NCBI GenBank assembly: GCA_964505165.1
Contig: CAZDGZ010000002.1
Location: 738-64,737 of the forward strand
Length of the DNA: 64,000 bases
Direction: 5' to 3'
Origin: an uncultured Anaerolineaceae bacterium
GTDB lineage: Bacteria; Chloroflexota; Anaerolineae; Anaerolineales; Villigracilaceae
Numbering within the stretch: the first letter of the stretch is position 1; each line of letters begins with the position of its first letter. The notes below the pieces were generated by a model that was given only the letters and a program-made list of their open reading frames with translations, made no database searches and was not told where the DNA came from. Positions 18,916-27,027 of this stretch are shown in pieces. The position numbers and the translations under genes were made by a program.

Positions 18916-19938
18916 ATGAGCGAAAAAACGATTCAGGATAATGCCGGGGCAGCAGAACAGCCCCTCCTTTCGGTACGCAATTTGCGCGTATGGTACGAAC
19001 TCAAGAAATTCGGTTTTCTGCACGCGGGCTACGTCAAAGCCGTAGATAACGTCTCTTTCGACCTCCCGCACGGCGAAGCCATCGCCGTCGTCGGCGAGAG
19101 CGGATGCGGAAAATCCAGTTTAATGAAAGCCATTCTCGGATTGGTGCATCCCCACGACGGACAAATCCTCTTCGAAGGAAAAGATATCTGGGAAGGCGGC
19201 AGCGAAGGGATGCGCGCCTACCGTATGCAAGTCGGATATGTGCAGCAAGATCCTTACGGCGCGCTCCCTCCCTTCATGACCATTCAGCGGATTTTGGAAG
19301 AGCCGCTCATCCTCGCCGGCATTCGCAATAAAGAAAAACGCCTCGAACGCGTCATTCGGAGTCTCGAAGAGGTCAAAGTCACACCGCCAGAAGATTTTCT
19401 CAACAAATACCCGCACATGCTCAGCGGCGGACAGCAGCAACGAATCGTCATCGCCCGCGCCTTGATTCGAAACCCCAAGATGCTCATTGCCGACGAGCCG
19501 GTCTCCATGCTCGACGCGTCGGTGCGCGTGGAAATTCTGAAACTTCTCGGCGAGGTTCAAAAAGAACGTCGCCTCTCGGTCGTCTACATCACGCACGACC
19601 TTTCGACCGTCCGCTATTTCTCGGAGAGAATCTTCGTCATGTACGCGGGAAAACTCGTCGAGAAAGCAGATACCAACGAGATTCTGCGAAACCCGAAATT
19701 CCCCTACACCTGGGCATTGCTCAACGCAATTTCAGACCCTCTCGCGGAAAATGCGACGAAACTCCGAAGCATCCCCCCCGGAGAACCGCCGAATCTCATT
19801 GATCCGCCTCCAGGCTGCCGCTTCCACCCGCGCTGTGACAAGAAGATAGACGGGCTTTGCAATGTAGAAGTCCCGCCAAACTTCGAAGTCGCGCCCGGAC
19901 ACGAAGCCGCCTGCTGGCTCTATCGGGACGATGCGTAA
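18916..19938 (+). CDS. ABC transporter ATP-binding protein (DppF/OppF-like)
   Basis: Walker A GESGCGKS, signature LSGGQQQR, Walker B MLIADEPVSMLD, and a C-terminal CRFHPRC motif. Confidence 0.93.
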   Translation: MSEKTIQDNAGAAEQPLLSVRNLRVWYELKKFGFLHAGYVKAVDNVSFDLPHGEAIAVVGESGCGKSSLMKAILGLVHPHDGQILFEGKDIWEGGSEGMRAYRMQVGYVQQDPYGALPPFMTIQRILEEPLILAGIRNKEKRLERVIRSLEEVKVTPPEDFLNKYPHMLSGGQQQRIVIARALIRNPKMLIADEPVSMLDASVRVEILKLLGEVQKERRLSVVYITHDLSTVRYFSERIFVMYAGKLVEKADTNEILRNPKFPYTWALLNAISDPLAENATKLRSIPPGEPPNLIDPPPGCRFHPRCDKKIDGLCNVEVPPNFEVAPGHEAACWLYRDDA

Positions 19939-20176
19939 TCTCACGCCGAAAAAACTTCTCGTCGTTGGCTTCATCGGCGTCTCGTTAGGGGTTTTACTGC
20001 CCTTGCTCATGGTGATGGGGTATCTCCCATCCACCTATTTCCTAAATTTCCTTTCCTACGCATGTTCCGTTGTAGGCTTGGGAACGGGCATCATCGGAAT
20101 CTCATGGCAAAAACGCCTGGACGAAAAAAAGCGCCCGCCCCGCGAATCACGCGAAGAAAAGAAACATACCCCTTGA
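19931..20176 (+). CDS. Small two-helix membrane protein (hypothetical)
   Basis: 81-aa ORF whose ATG overlaps the preceding stop by 8 nt. It has two hydrophobic helices and a K/R/E-rich tail, and a terminator follows it. No homology recognised. Confidence 0.45.
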   Translation: MRNLTPKKLLVVGFIGVSLGVLLPLLMVMGYLPSTYFLNFLSYACSVVGLGTGIIGISWQKRLDEKKRPPRESREEKKHTP

Positions 20177-20182
20177 ACAAGG

Positions 20183-20213
20183 AACTCCCCGTTTTCGCGG
20201 GGAGTTTTCTTTC
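20183..20213 (+). terminator. Rho-independent terminator ending the ABC operon
   Basis: AACTCCCCG-TTTTCG-CGGGGAGTT followed by TTCTTTC. Confidence 0.7.
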
Positions 20214-20221
20214 GCCAAAAC

Positions 20222-20250
20222 TTGCATTCCCGCGCGGTTGCGGCTAGAAT
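20222..20250 (+). promoter_or_regulatory. Sigma-70-type promoter predicting a leaderless trmD mRNA
   Basis: TTGCAT (20222-20227), 17 nt, TAGAAT (20245-20250), then only 6 nt (GAAACC, no SD) before ATG 20257. Confidence 0.55.
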
Positions 20251-20256
20251 GAAACC

Positions 20257-20991
20257 ATGAAGTTCGACGTTTTCACGTTGCTCCCCGAAGTTTTCCCCCC
20301 CTATCTCGAAAGCAGCATTTTGAAGCGCGCCCGCGAGCGCGGACTTCTCGAGGTTTCGATTCACAACATCCGAGATTGGACGCACGACAAGCATCACGTC
20401 GTAGACGATGTACCCTACGGCGGCGGCGGCGGAATGGTGATGAAGCCGGAACCAATCTTCGAATCGGTCGAAGACATCCTCGGCGCACCGCCCTCCTGTC
20501 CGCTGATTTTGCTCACACCGCAGGGACGCGTATTCACACAAAAGGTCGCCCAGGAATTATCGCAATATCCGCATCTCGCGCTGCTCTGCGGACGATATGA
20601 GGGAATTGACGAACGCGTACGGCAGCACCTCGTCAGCGATGAAATTTCTATCGGCGATTTCGTCCTCACCGGCGGGGAACTCCCCGCCCTCATCCTCATG
20701 GACGCGGTGACCCGTCTCCTCCCCGGCGCGTTGGGCGACCCAAACGGAGCGGCGGAGGATTCTCATGCGACTGGGCTGCTGGAATATCCACACTACACGC
20801 GCCCCGGAGAGTATCGAACCTGGCGCGTGCCGGAGATACTCCTCTCCGGCAACCACGCGCGCATCGCGCGATGGCGGCGTGAACAAGCCCTCCTTCGCAC
20901 GCTGGAGCGTCGTCCCGATTTACTGGAAGACGCGCCGTTGAGCGAGGAGGATATTCATTTTCTAGAAGCCCACGGATATCGAAAGGAGTAA
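20257..20991 (+). CDS. trmD: tRNA (guanine37-N1)-methyltransferase
   Basis: [25 protein letters not shown]...[17 protein letters not shown]...[11 protein letters not shown] matches the canonical TrmD. Confidence 0.95.
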   Translation: MKFDVFTLLPEVFPPYLESSILKRARERGLLEVSIHNIRDWTHDKHHVVDDVPYGGGGGMVMKPEPIFESVEDILGAPPSCPLILLTPQGRVFTQKVAQELSQYPHLALLCGRYEGIDERVRQHLVSDEISIGDFVLTGGELPALILMDAVTRLLPGALGDPNGAAEDSHATGLLEYPHYTRPGEYRTWRVPEILLSGNHARIARWRREQALLRTLERRPDLLEDAPLSEEDIHFLEAHGYRKE

Positions 20992-20994
20992 ATC

Positions 20995-22275
20995 ATGACT
21001 CAAAGACGCTTCCCCTGGGGAAGGACTTTTCTCATCGGTTTTGGATTTTTGGGCATCAGCATCATTTGGCCCATCTTCAACCAATATATTCCCATCTTCC
21101 TGCAAGCGGGGAATCCCGAATTCGAGCGTCAACTTCTCGCCGCAGGACGCTCCATCCCCGACATTCGCGGATTCGGGCTTGCGCCGAGTCTGGCGCTCTT
21201 CATTATGACATGGGATAACATCCTCAATATGTTCATTGCCCCCTGGGCAGGCGCAAAAAGCGACCGGACGTGGAATCGCTTCGGCCGCCGCAAAGGGTGG
21301 ATTCTCCTCGGAGCCCCCATCGCGCTCCTCGGATTCGTCTTCATTCCGGTTGCACAAAGTGTCCTCGCCATTGCCGCGTTCATCGTCATCACCGATTTCG
21401 GGATGGCGATTTTCCGCGCCCCCACCGTCGCGTGGCTGGGAGATTTGTTCGCCCCCGACGAGCGGAGCAAAGCCAACGGCGTCATCAATTTGATGGGCGG
21501 CGTCGGCGCGCTGCTCGCGTATTTCGGCGGAGGAATCCTTTTCAACAAATTCGGACGCTCCGCTCCCTTTGTCGCGGGCGCAATCGCGATGATTGTCGCA
21601 CTGGGAGTCGCGCTCATCTTCGTCAAAGAACCGCGTGAAGTCGCCGGGAGTCAAGAAACCGAAGAATCGCGTCTCATAGATAATTTGAAACTCCTCTTCA
21701 ACAACCCCGACAAAAGCGGACTCCGCGTCCTCCTCGGCATCTTGCTCTGGTTCATGGGATTCAACGCTCTTGAAACAGGTCTCTCCTCCTTCGCCGTCTT
21801 CACTCTGGGAATGAAAGCGGGAACAGCATCCATCTATGCAGGCGCGGTGAGTCTGACCTTCATCATCTTCGCAGTCCCTGCCGGGTTCATCGGTACACGC
21901 TGGGGACGCGAGCGTACCATCCGAGCGGGGTTAATCGGCTTGACGATACTCATGTTCGCAGGATACTTCCTCATCCAGGGAGCAACGGTATTCGTGATTG
22001 CGCTGGTTCTCGCAGGGGTATTATGGGCAATGGTCAACGTCAACAGCCTCCCGCTGGTCTATGATCATGGAGATGAAAAGCACATCGGCGCCTACACCGG
22101 TTTATATTACTTTTCCTCCCAGTTAGCCGCCGTTCTCGGACCTACGCTCGGAGGCGTCGTCGTAGATGTCCTCGGCGACCAGTATCGCTGGCTCTGGCTT
22201 TTCAGCGCGTTCTTCATGGCGCTGGCGTGGGCATCCATGCAGGGCGTCAAAGCGCGCGCAGAAGCCGCCGCGTAA
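20995..22275 (+). CDS. MFS transporter (SLC45/GPH-like)
   Basis: 12-TM pattern with WDNILNMFIAPWAGAKSDRTWNRFGRRKGW (the D-R-x-G-R-R type loop of MFS sugar-type carriers). It starts 3 nt after the trmD stop. Confidence 0.85.
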   Translation: MTQRRFPWGRTFLIGFGFLGISIIWPIFNQYIPIFLQAGNPEFERQLLAAGRSIPDIRGFGLAPSLALFIMTWDNILNMFIAPWAGAKSDRTWNRFGRRKGWILLGAPIALLGFVFIPVAQSVLAIAAFIVITDFGMAIFRAPTVAWLGDLFAPDERSKANGVINLMGGVGALLAYFGGGILFNKFGRSAPFVAGAIAMIVALGVALIFVKEPREVAGSQETEESRLIDNLKLLFNNPDKSGLRVLLGILLWFMGFNALETGLSSFAVFTLGMKAGTASIYAGAVSLTFIIFAVPAGFIGTRWGRERTIRAGLIGLTILMFAGYFLIQGATVFVIALVLAGVLWAMVNVNSLPLVYDHGDEKHIGAYTGLYYFSSQLAAVLGPTLGGVVVDVLGDQYRWLWLFSAFFMALAWASMQGVKARAEAAA

Positions 22276-22290
22276 ATCGGAGCGAGACTC

Positions 22291-22962
22291 ATGCAGGCAT
22301 TTTTGATGGGCTTCGTAGCCCTTGCCGCAATCCTCGACTGGTACGCCGTATACCGCCAGTGGAAAAAAGCGGAATACCTCCTCAAACCGCTGACGATGGT
22401 GCTTCTTTTCCTCTGGCTTCTCTTCGCGACGGGCGGCATGAAAGGCGCGTCGCTCTGGTTCGGGATTGGGCTGGCGCTTTCACTTGCAGGCGATATCTTC
22501 CTCATGCTCCCCAACGAGAAATTCATCGCGGGGCTGGTAGCGTTCTTGCTCGCGCATATCGCCTACATCGTCGGCTTCAACCAAACAGCGCTTCCGCTAA
22601 ACGGAATCGGGCTGCTCTTCGCGGTGATTCTGGGAACCGCCGCAGTGTGGTTATATCGCCGTATCGCCGCAGGACTGGAGAAAAAAGGAGAAAACGCGCT
22701 CAAAGCGCCCGTCCTCGCCTACACGACCGTCATCTCCATCATGGTATTTTCCGCCTGGCTCACCTTCCTGCGACCGGAATGGACTCCCCACGCCGCGATG
22801 CTTTCAAGCATCGGCGCGGTACTCTTCATGCTTTCCGATGCGGTTCTCGCGTGGAATAAATTCGTTCAGCCCATCCCCAATGGACGCGTGCTGAATATGA
22901 TGGCGTACCATCTAGGACAAATGGTTTTGATGCTGGGAATCGCGGCGCATTTCGGAGTCTAA
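22291..22962 (+). CDS. YhhN-family membrane protein (lysoplasmalogenase-like)
   Basis: 223 aa and multi-TM, with LAGDIFLM and FLLAHIAYI blocks typical of YhhN/TMEM86. Confidence 0.8.
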   Translation: MQAFLMGFVALAAILDWYAVYRQWKKAEYLLKPLTMVLLFLWLLFATGGMKGASLWFGIGLALSLAGDIFLMLPNEKFIAGLVAFLLAHIAYIVGFNQTALPLNGIGLLFAVILGTAAVWLYRRIAAGLEKKGENALKAPVLAYTTVISIMVFSAWLTFLRPEWTPHAAMLSSIGAVLFMLSDAVLAWNKFVQPIPNGRVLNMMAYHLGQMVLMLGIAAHFGV

Positions 22963-23780
22963 CGCCACAACTCACGACCCAGAAACGCCTCCAACGCTTC
23001 GTTCCAGGGACGGAAAAACGCCTCCAACCGCTCGCGGGTTTCCTCGCGGATGGGCGGAGGCGTAAACCGCGTTTGGCTTCCCCAATAGAAAAGCCGCCGC
23101 GCCCGCGCGGGGATATATCGCTGATAGCGCGGTTTCCGCAAGAGAATCTGATAGAAGGGATTTTTCCACACCGTCGTGGGATTATACGCGCGGGAAAAAT
23201 CCTCCGTCTCGAAATCTGTATCCACGCCGAGGAAGTCAAAAATCTTCCGGTAAAACGCGTGCGGGTCGGCAATCAAATCCTCGAAGACCAGCACGAGGAG
23301 TTGTTCTCTCGGAAAATATCGCAAATAGGAACGGATATAGCGCATATACACGCCTCGGCTGAAATACCCTTTTTCCCCGGGGCGGTATTCGTCGCTGAGA
23401 TAGCGACGCGCGGCATCCTCGAAGGTCAACGGCTCGTTGAGATGTCGGCGGTTATCCCAGTATTGCGACAACGCGCGGCGAATCGGCTCGCGGACGGTGA
23501 GAATCAACTTCACATCCGGCAGAAGGGCATGGATTCGCTTCGGGGCATCGGGATGACAGATATATCCGGGAGAGGCTTCGCCGCGAAGACGACGGGGCGG
23601 GGAATCCGCGAAAAAGCGCGCGTAATATGCCGGTCCACGCGCGAATTCGTCTTCCTTGAAAAAGAAATTGAGTTCTTTCTTTTCGGGCATGAAAATCTGC
23701 GGATGCTGCCGCAGGACATGATACAGCGAGGTCGTCCCCGCCTTTTGTGAGCCGATAATCAGGAAATTCGGAAACATCAA
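22959..23780 (-). CDS. Sulfotransferase-domain protein
   Basis: FLIIGSQKAGTTSLYHVL (PAPS 5'-phosphosulfate-binding loop) and RNPIRRALSQY-like block (VREPIRRALSQYW). Confidence 0.8.
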   Translation of the reverse strand: MMFPNFLIIGSQKAGTTSLYHVLRQHPQIFMPEKKELNFFFKEDEFARGPAYYARFFADSPPRRLRGEASPGYICHPDAPKRIHALLPDVKLILTVREPIRRALSQYWDNRRHLNEPLTFEDAARRYLSDEYRPGEKGYFSRGVYMRYIRSYLRYFPREQLLVLVFEDLIADPHAFYRKIFDFLGVDTDFETEDFSRAYNPTTVWKNPFYQILLRKPRYQRYIPARARRLFYWGSQTRFTPPPIREETRERLEAFFRPWNEALEAFLGRELWR

Positions 23781-24649
23781 AGCGCCTCGAATGGACGAAA
23801 TCCCTCGCCGAGGGCTTCATGGGCTTGCCCAATGACAAGAAACGCGGCAGGGTCAATTTCTCGGACGATGGCTTTGAGACGCGTCACCTCGACGCGAGTG
23901 ACGACGCAATAGAGGAGGACCCGCTCCACGCCTGTGTACGCGCCTTTGCCGGATAGCAGCGTGACTCCGCGCCGGAGAGTCTGGAGGATTTCCGACGCGA
24001 CCGCGTCCGGCTGCGAGGTGACGATGACTGCCGTCCGCACGACTCCCGACCCTTCCGCGATGGTCTCCGCCGCGATGCCGCTGACATAGAGAGCGATGAG
24101 GGCATAGAGGGCTTCTTTCCATCCGAAGACGAACCCGGCGGAGAGAATGACGAGGGTATCTACCAGCAGATAACTTTGCGAAATCGGGACGCCGCGCCAT
24201 CGGTTGAGGATGCGCGCGAGGATATCGCTGCCTCCGCTTGTCCCTTGTCCGCGATAGACGATGCCGAACCCTATGCCGCTGACAAGGGCGCCGTAAAGCG
24301 CGTTGAGCAAAATATCATCGGTGATGCCTTGGGGAGGGAGAAAGAGGGCGAGAAAATCCACGAAGAACGCATACGAAAACACCGCGAGCGCGGTACGAAA
24401 CAGGAATTTCCGTCCGCCGAGGAACCGCCACCCTAGAGCGAAGAGCGGGAGATTCCCGAGGAAAATCATCAAGCCGATTTGCCAGTTCGTCGCGTGGTTG
24501 ATGAGTTGTGCAATGCCGCTCACCCCTCCGCTAACCAGATTCGCGGGGATGAGGAAGAGTCGCAGCCCGACAGCCTGCACGAACGCGCCGAGAAGGATCA
24601 GCGAATAATCCCGAAAGAGAGTCCACGAGAACACGCGCGGCTTGCTCAT
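23777..24649 (-). CDS. YitT-family membrane protein (DUF2179 C-terminal domain)
   Basis: LILLGAFVQAVGLRLFLIPANLVSGGVSGIAQLI... is followed by a C-terminal soluble DUF2179-like domain. Its start overlaps the upstream stop region, and its stop overlaps the sulfotransferase start by 4 nt. Confidence 0.85.
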   Translation of the reverse strand: MSKPRVFSWTLFRDYSLILLGAFVQAVGLRLFLIPANLVSGGVSGIAQLINHATNWQIGLMIFLGNLPLFALGWRFLGGRKFLFRTALAVFSYAFFVDFLALFLPPQGITDDILLNALYGALVSGIGFGIVYRGQGTSGGSDILARILNRWRGVPISQSYLLVDTLVILSAGFVFGWKEALYALIALYVSGIAAETIAEGSGVVRTAVIVTSQPDAVASEILQTLRRGVTLLSGKGAYTGVERVLLYCVVTRVEVTRLKAIVREIDPAAFLVIGQAHEALGEGFRPFEAL

Positions 24650-24652
24650 GCG

Positions 24653-25549
24653 TTACACCTCTTGCACGCGGAGGATTTCGCCGGAAAGAGATTCGAGAAC
24701 CGCGATGACGGCGGAATTATCGAGCGCGCCCATGCCCATTTGCACCATCGCGTGGAAGAGTTGCGCGGTCTCTGCCGTCACGGGGAGAGGGATTCCGTAT
24801 TCCCGCGCGGTATCGAGGACAATACCCAAATCTTTCGACTGCATCGAGGCTTTGAATCCCGGGCTTCGGTTCCCGGCAAAGAGACGCTGCGGCTTTACAT
24901 CGAGAGTCCAACATTGCGCCGCGCCGCCGCGAATGGCTTGCACGACCTTTTGAGGGTCTGCGCCGGATTTTTGTGCGAAGAGAAGAAGTTCCGCCATTGC
25001 CGCCATTTGTGCGGCGACCATAATTTGATTCGCGGCTTTGGCAATTTGCCCTGCGCCCGACTCGCCCACATGAGTCACCGTTTTTCCGACCGCACGGAAG
25101 GCAGGCATCACCTTTTCCAGCGCCGCCGCGTCTCCGCCGACCATAATCGTCAACGTGCCGTTTTGCGCGCCGATGTCGCCGCCGGAGACAGGCGCGTCCA
25201 ATGCGAGAACTCCCTTTTCCGCGAGGGCGCGAGCAATGCGGCGCGCCGCCGCCGGTTGAATGGTGGAATGGTCTACGAAAATCAATCCTTCGTGCGCGCC
25301 TTCGAGGATGCCTTTTTCCCCCAATGCGACCGCCTCCACATCCGGCGTATCGGGGAGATTCGTGAAGACGACATCGGACTGGGCAGCGACTTCCGCCGGA
25401 GAAAACGCGGGACGCGCGCCCTCCGCGACGAGTTCGTCCACCGCCGCGCGGCTGCGATTATGAACGACGAGAGGAAATCCCGCCTTCAGAAGATTCCGCG
25501 CCATCGGCTTCCCCATGAGTCCGAGTCCGATATATCCGAGTTTCAACAT
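24653..25549 (-). CDS. NAD(P)-dependent 3-hydroxyacid dehydrogenase (3-hydroxyisobutyrate / 2-hydroxy-3-oxopropionate reductase family)
   Basis: MLKLGYIGLGLMGKPMARNL Rossmann start and the HIBADH-type core (DAPVSGG). The start is at ATG 25549, 8 nt after AAGGAG. Confidence 0.9.
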   Translation of the reverse strand: MLKLGYIGLGLMGKPMARNLLKAGFPLVVHNRSRAAVDELVAEGARPAFSPAEVAAQSDVVFTNLPDTPDVEAVALGEKGILEGAHEGLIFVDHSTIQPAAARRIARALAEKGVLALDAPVSGGDIGAQNGTLTIMVGGDAAALEKVMPAFRAVGKTVTHVGESGAGQIAKAANQIMVAAQMAAMAELLLFAQKSGADPQKVVQAIRGGAAQCWTLDVKPQRLFAGNRSPGFKASMQSKDLGIVLDTAREYGIPLPVTAETAQLFHAMVQMGMGALDNSAVIAVLESLSGEILRVQEV

Positions 25550-25618
25550 CGCCAACACTCCTTTCTGTCAAAATCTTCGTACATTGTAGCAGACTCTGAA
25601 AAATTGACGCAGCGCCCC

Positions 25619-25646
25619 TTGACAATGCAAACGTTCCGGCGATAAT
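25619..25646 (+). promoter_or_regulatory. Sigma-70-type promoter of the pheST leader
   Basis: TTGACA (25619-25624), 16 nt, GATAAT (25641-25646). Confidence 0.6.
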
Positions 25647-25652
25647 AAAGCC

Positions 25653-25922
25653 CAACGACTACGACGGAGGAAAGTAGGCGAGTGAATGCCGTCAGAGAGA
25701 TTGGCGCAAAGGCTGAAACGCCAATTCGGCTGAAGCCCGCTGAAGTTCCCTCCTGAGTCGCTCGAGTGAATGGGTTTCCCCTAGTAGTTCGAGCCGCGCG
25801 CTTCGCGTTAAAGGAGCCACCGCTCGCCGTTTGGCGGTCGGGTTGAGTGGGCTGCACATGCAGCCAAGATGGGTGGTACCGCGGGAATCTCCCTCCCGTC
25901 CCATGCGAGGACGGGAGTTTTT
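25653..25922 (+). promoter_or_regulatory. T-box riboswitch leader (tRNA-Phe specific) with intrinsic terminator
   Basis: AGTGAA K-turn-like and AGAGA elements in stem I. UUC lies in the specifier-loop context GAAGTTCC (25746-25748). Conserved T-box AAGATGGGTGGTACCGCGG (25866-25884). Terminator CTCCCGTCC-N7-GGACGGGAG + TTTTT (25893-25922). Sits immediately upstream of pheS. Confidence 0.88.
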
Positions 25923-25944
25923 CGTTAACTTGTCAGGAGGTCGT

Positions 25945-27006
25945 ATGCTCAAAGAATTGGAGAAAATTCAGCAAGAGGCAATGGACGCGCTCGCACGAGT
26001 CGAAGACGAAGACGCGCTCAACGAGTGGCGCGTCGCGTATCTTGGGCGCAAGAAATCGCCCATTATAGAGGTGTTCAAGAAATTAGGCACATTGAGCAAA
26101 GAGGAACGTCCCATCGTGGGACAGCGCGCCAACGAAGTCAAGGTTGCGCTCGAATCCGCCTTCGAGGAGAAAGAAGCCGCGCTCAAGCGCGCTGCTCTCG
26201 AACGTTCCCTTTCCAAAGAAAAACTGGATATCACCCTTCCGGGGCGTCCTGTGCGACGCGGCAGACTTCATCCCTCCACGCAAACGCTTCGGCGCATGTT
26301 GGCAATTTTGGGCGAGATGGGATTTCAGGTCTACACCTCGCGGGAAGTGGAATCGGACGAATACAATTTTCAGTATCTCAACTTCCCGCCTCATCACCCC
26401 GCGCGCGAAATGCAGGATTCCTTCTATATCGCCACAGAAGACCGCGCGGAAAATCCTCTCTTGCTGCGGACTCATACCTCTCCCGGACAAATTCACGCCA
26501 TGCGTCATTACGCCGCGATGAATCCCGAAAACCCGCCTTCCATCCGAATTGCGCTGCCCGGCATGTGCTTCCGGTACGAACAAATTACCGCGCGCTCCGA
26601 AGTGCAATTCAATCAGGTGGAAGGATTAGCCGTCGGAAAAAACATCACCTTCAGCGATTTGAAAGGGACGCTTAGCGACTTCGCCCGCCGCATGTTCGGC
26701 GCGGACGCGCGCATCCGCTTCCGCGCGTCCTATTTCCCGTTCACCGAACCTTCCGCCGAAGTGGATGTGGAATGTTTCGTCTGCGGCGGAAAAGGATGCA
26801 ACGTCTGCAAATATTCTGGATGGCTCGAAATCCTCGGCTGCGGAATGGTGCATCCAAACGTCCTCCGCAACGGCGGCTACGACCCTGAACGATACACCGG
26901 CTTCGCTTTCGGCATGGGTCCCGAACGCCAAGCCATGCTGCGCCACAAAATCGAAGATATCCGCTACTTCTGGGGCAACGACATTCGATTCCTGGAACAA
27001 TTCTAG
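25945..27006 (+). CDS. pheS: Phenylalanine--tRNA ligase alpha subunit
   Basis: MLKELEKIQQEAMDAL..., HPAREMQDSFY and FRASYFPFTEPSAEVDV are class II PheS motifs. The start is at ATG 25945 after AGGAGG; the ORF-track extension covers the T-box. Confidence 0.97.
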   Translation: MLKELEKIQQEAMDALARVEDEDALNEWRVAYLGRKKSPIIEVFKKLGTLSKEERPIVGQRANEVKVALESAFEEKEAALKRAALERSLSKEKLDITLPGRPVRRGRLHPSTQTLRRMLAILGEMGFQVYTSREVESDEYNFQYLNFPPHHPAREMQDSFYIATEDRAENPLLLRTHTSPGQIHAMRHYAAMNPENPPSIRIALPGMCFRYEQITARSEVQFNQVEGLAVGKNITFSDLKGTLSDFARRMFGADARIRFRASYFPFTEPSAEVDVECFVCGGKGCNVCKYSGWLEILGCGMVHPNVLRNGGYDPERYTGFAFGMGPERQAMLRHKIEDIRYFWGNDIRFLEQF

Positions 27007-27027
27007 GCGCGATACAAAGGAGCAATC

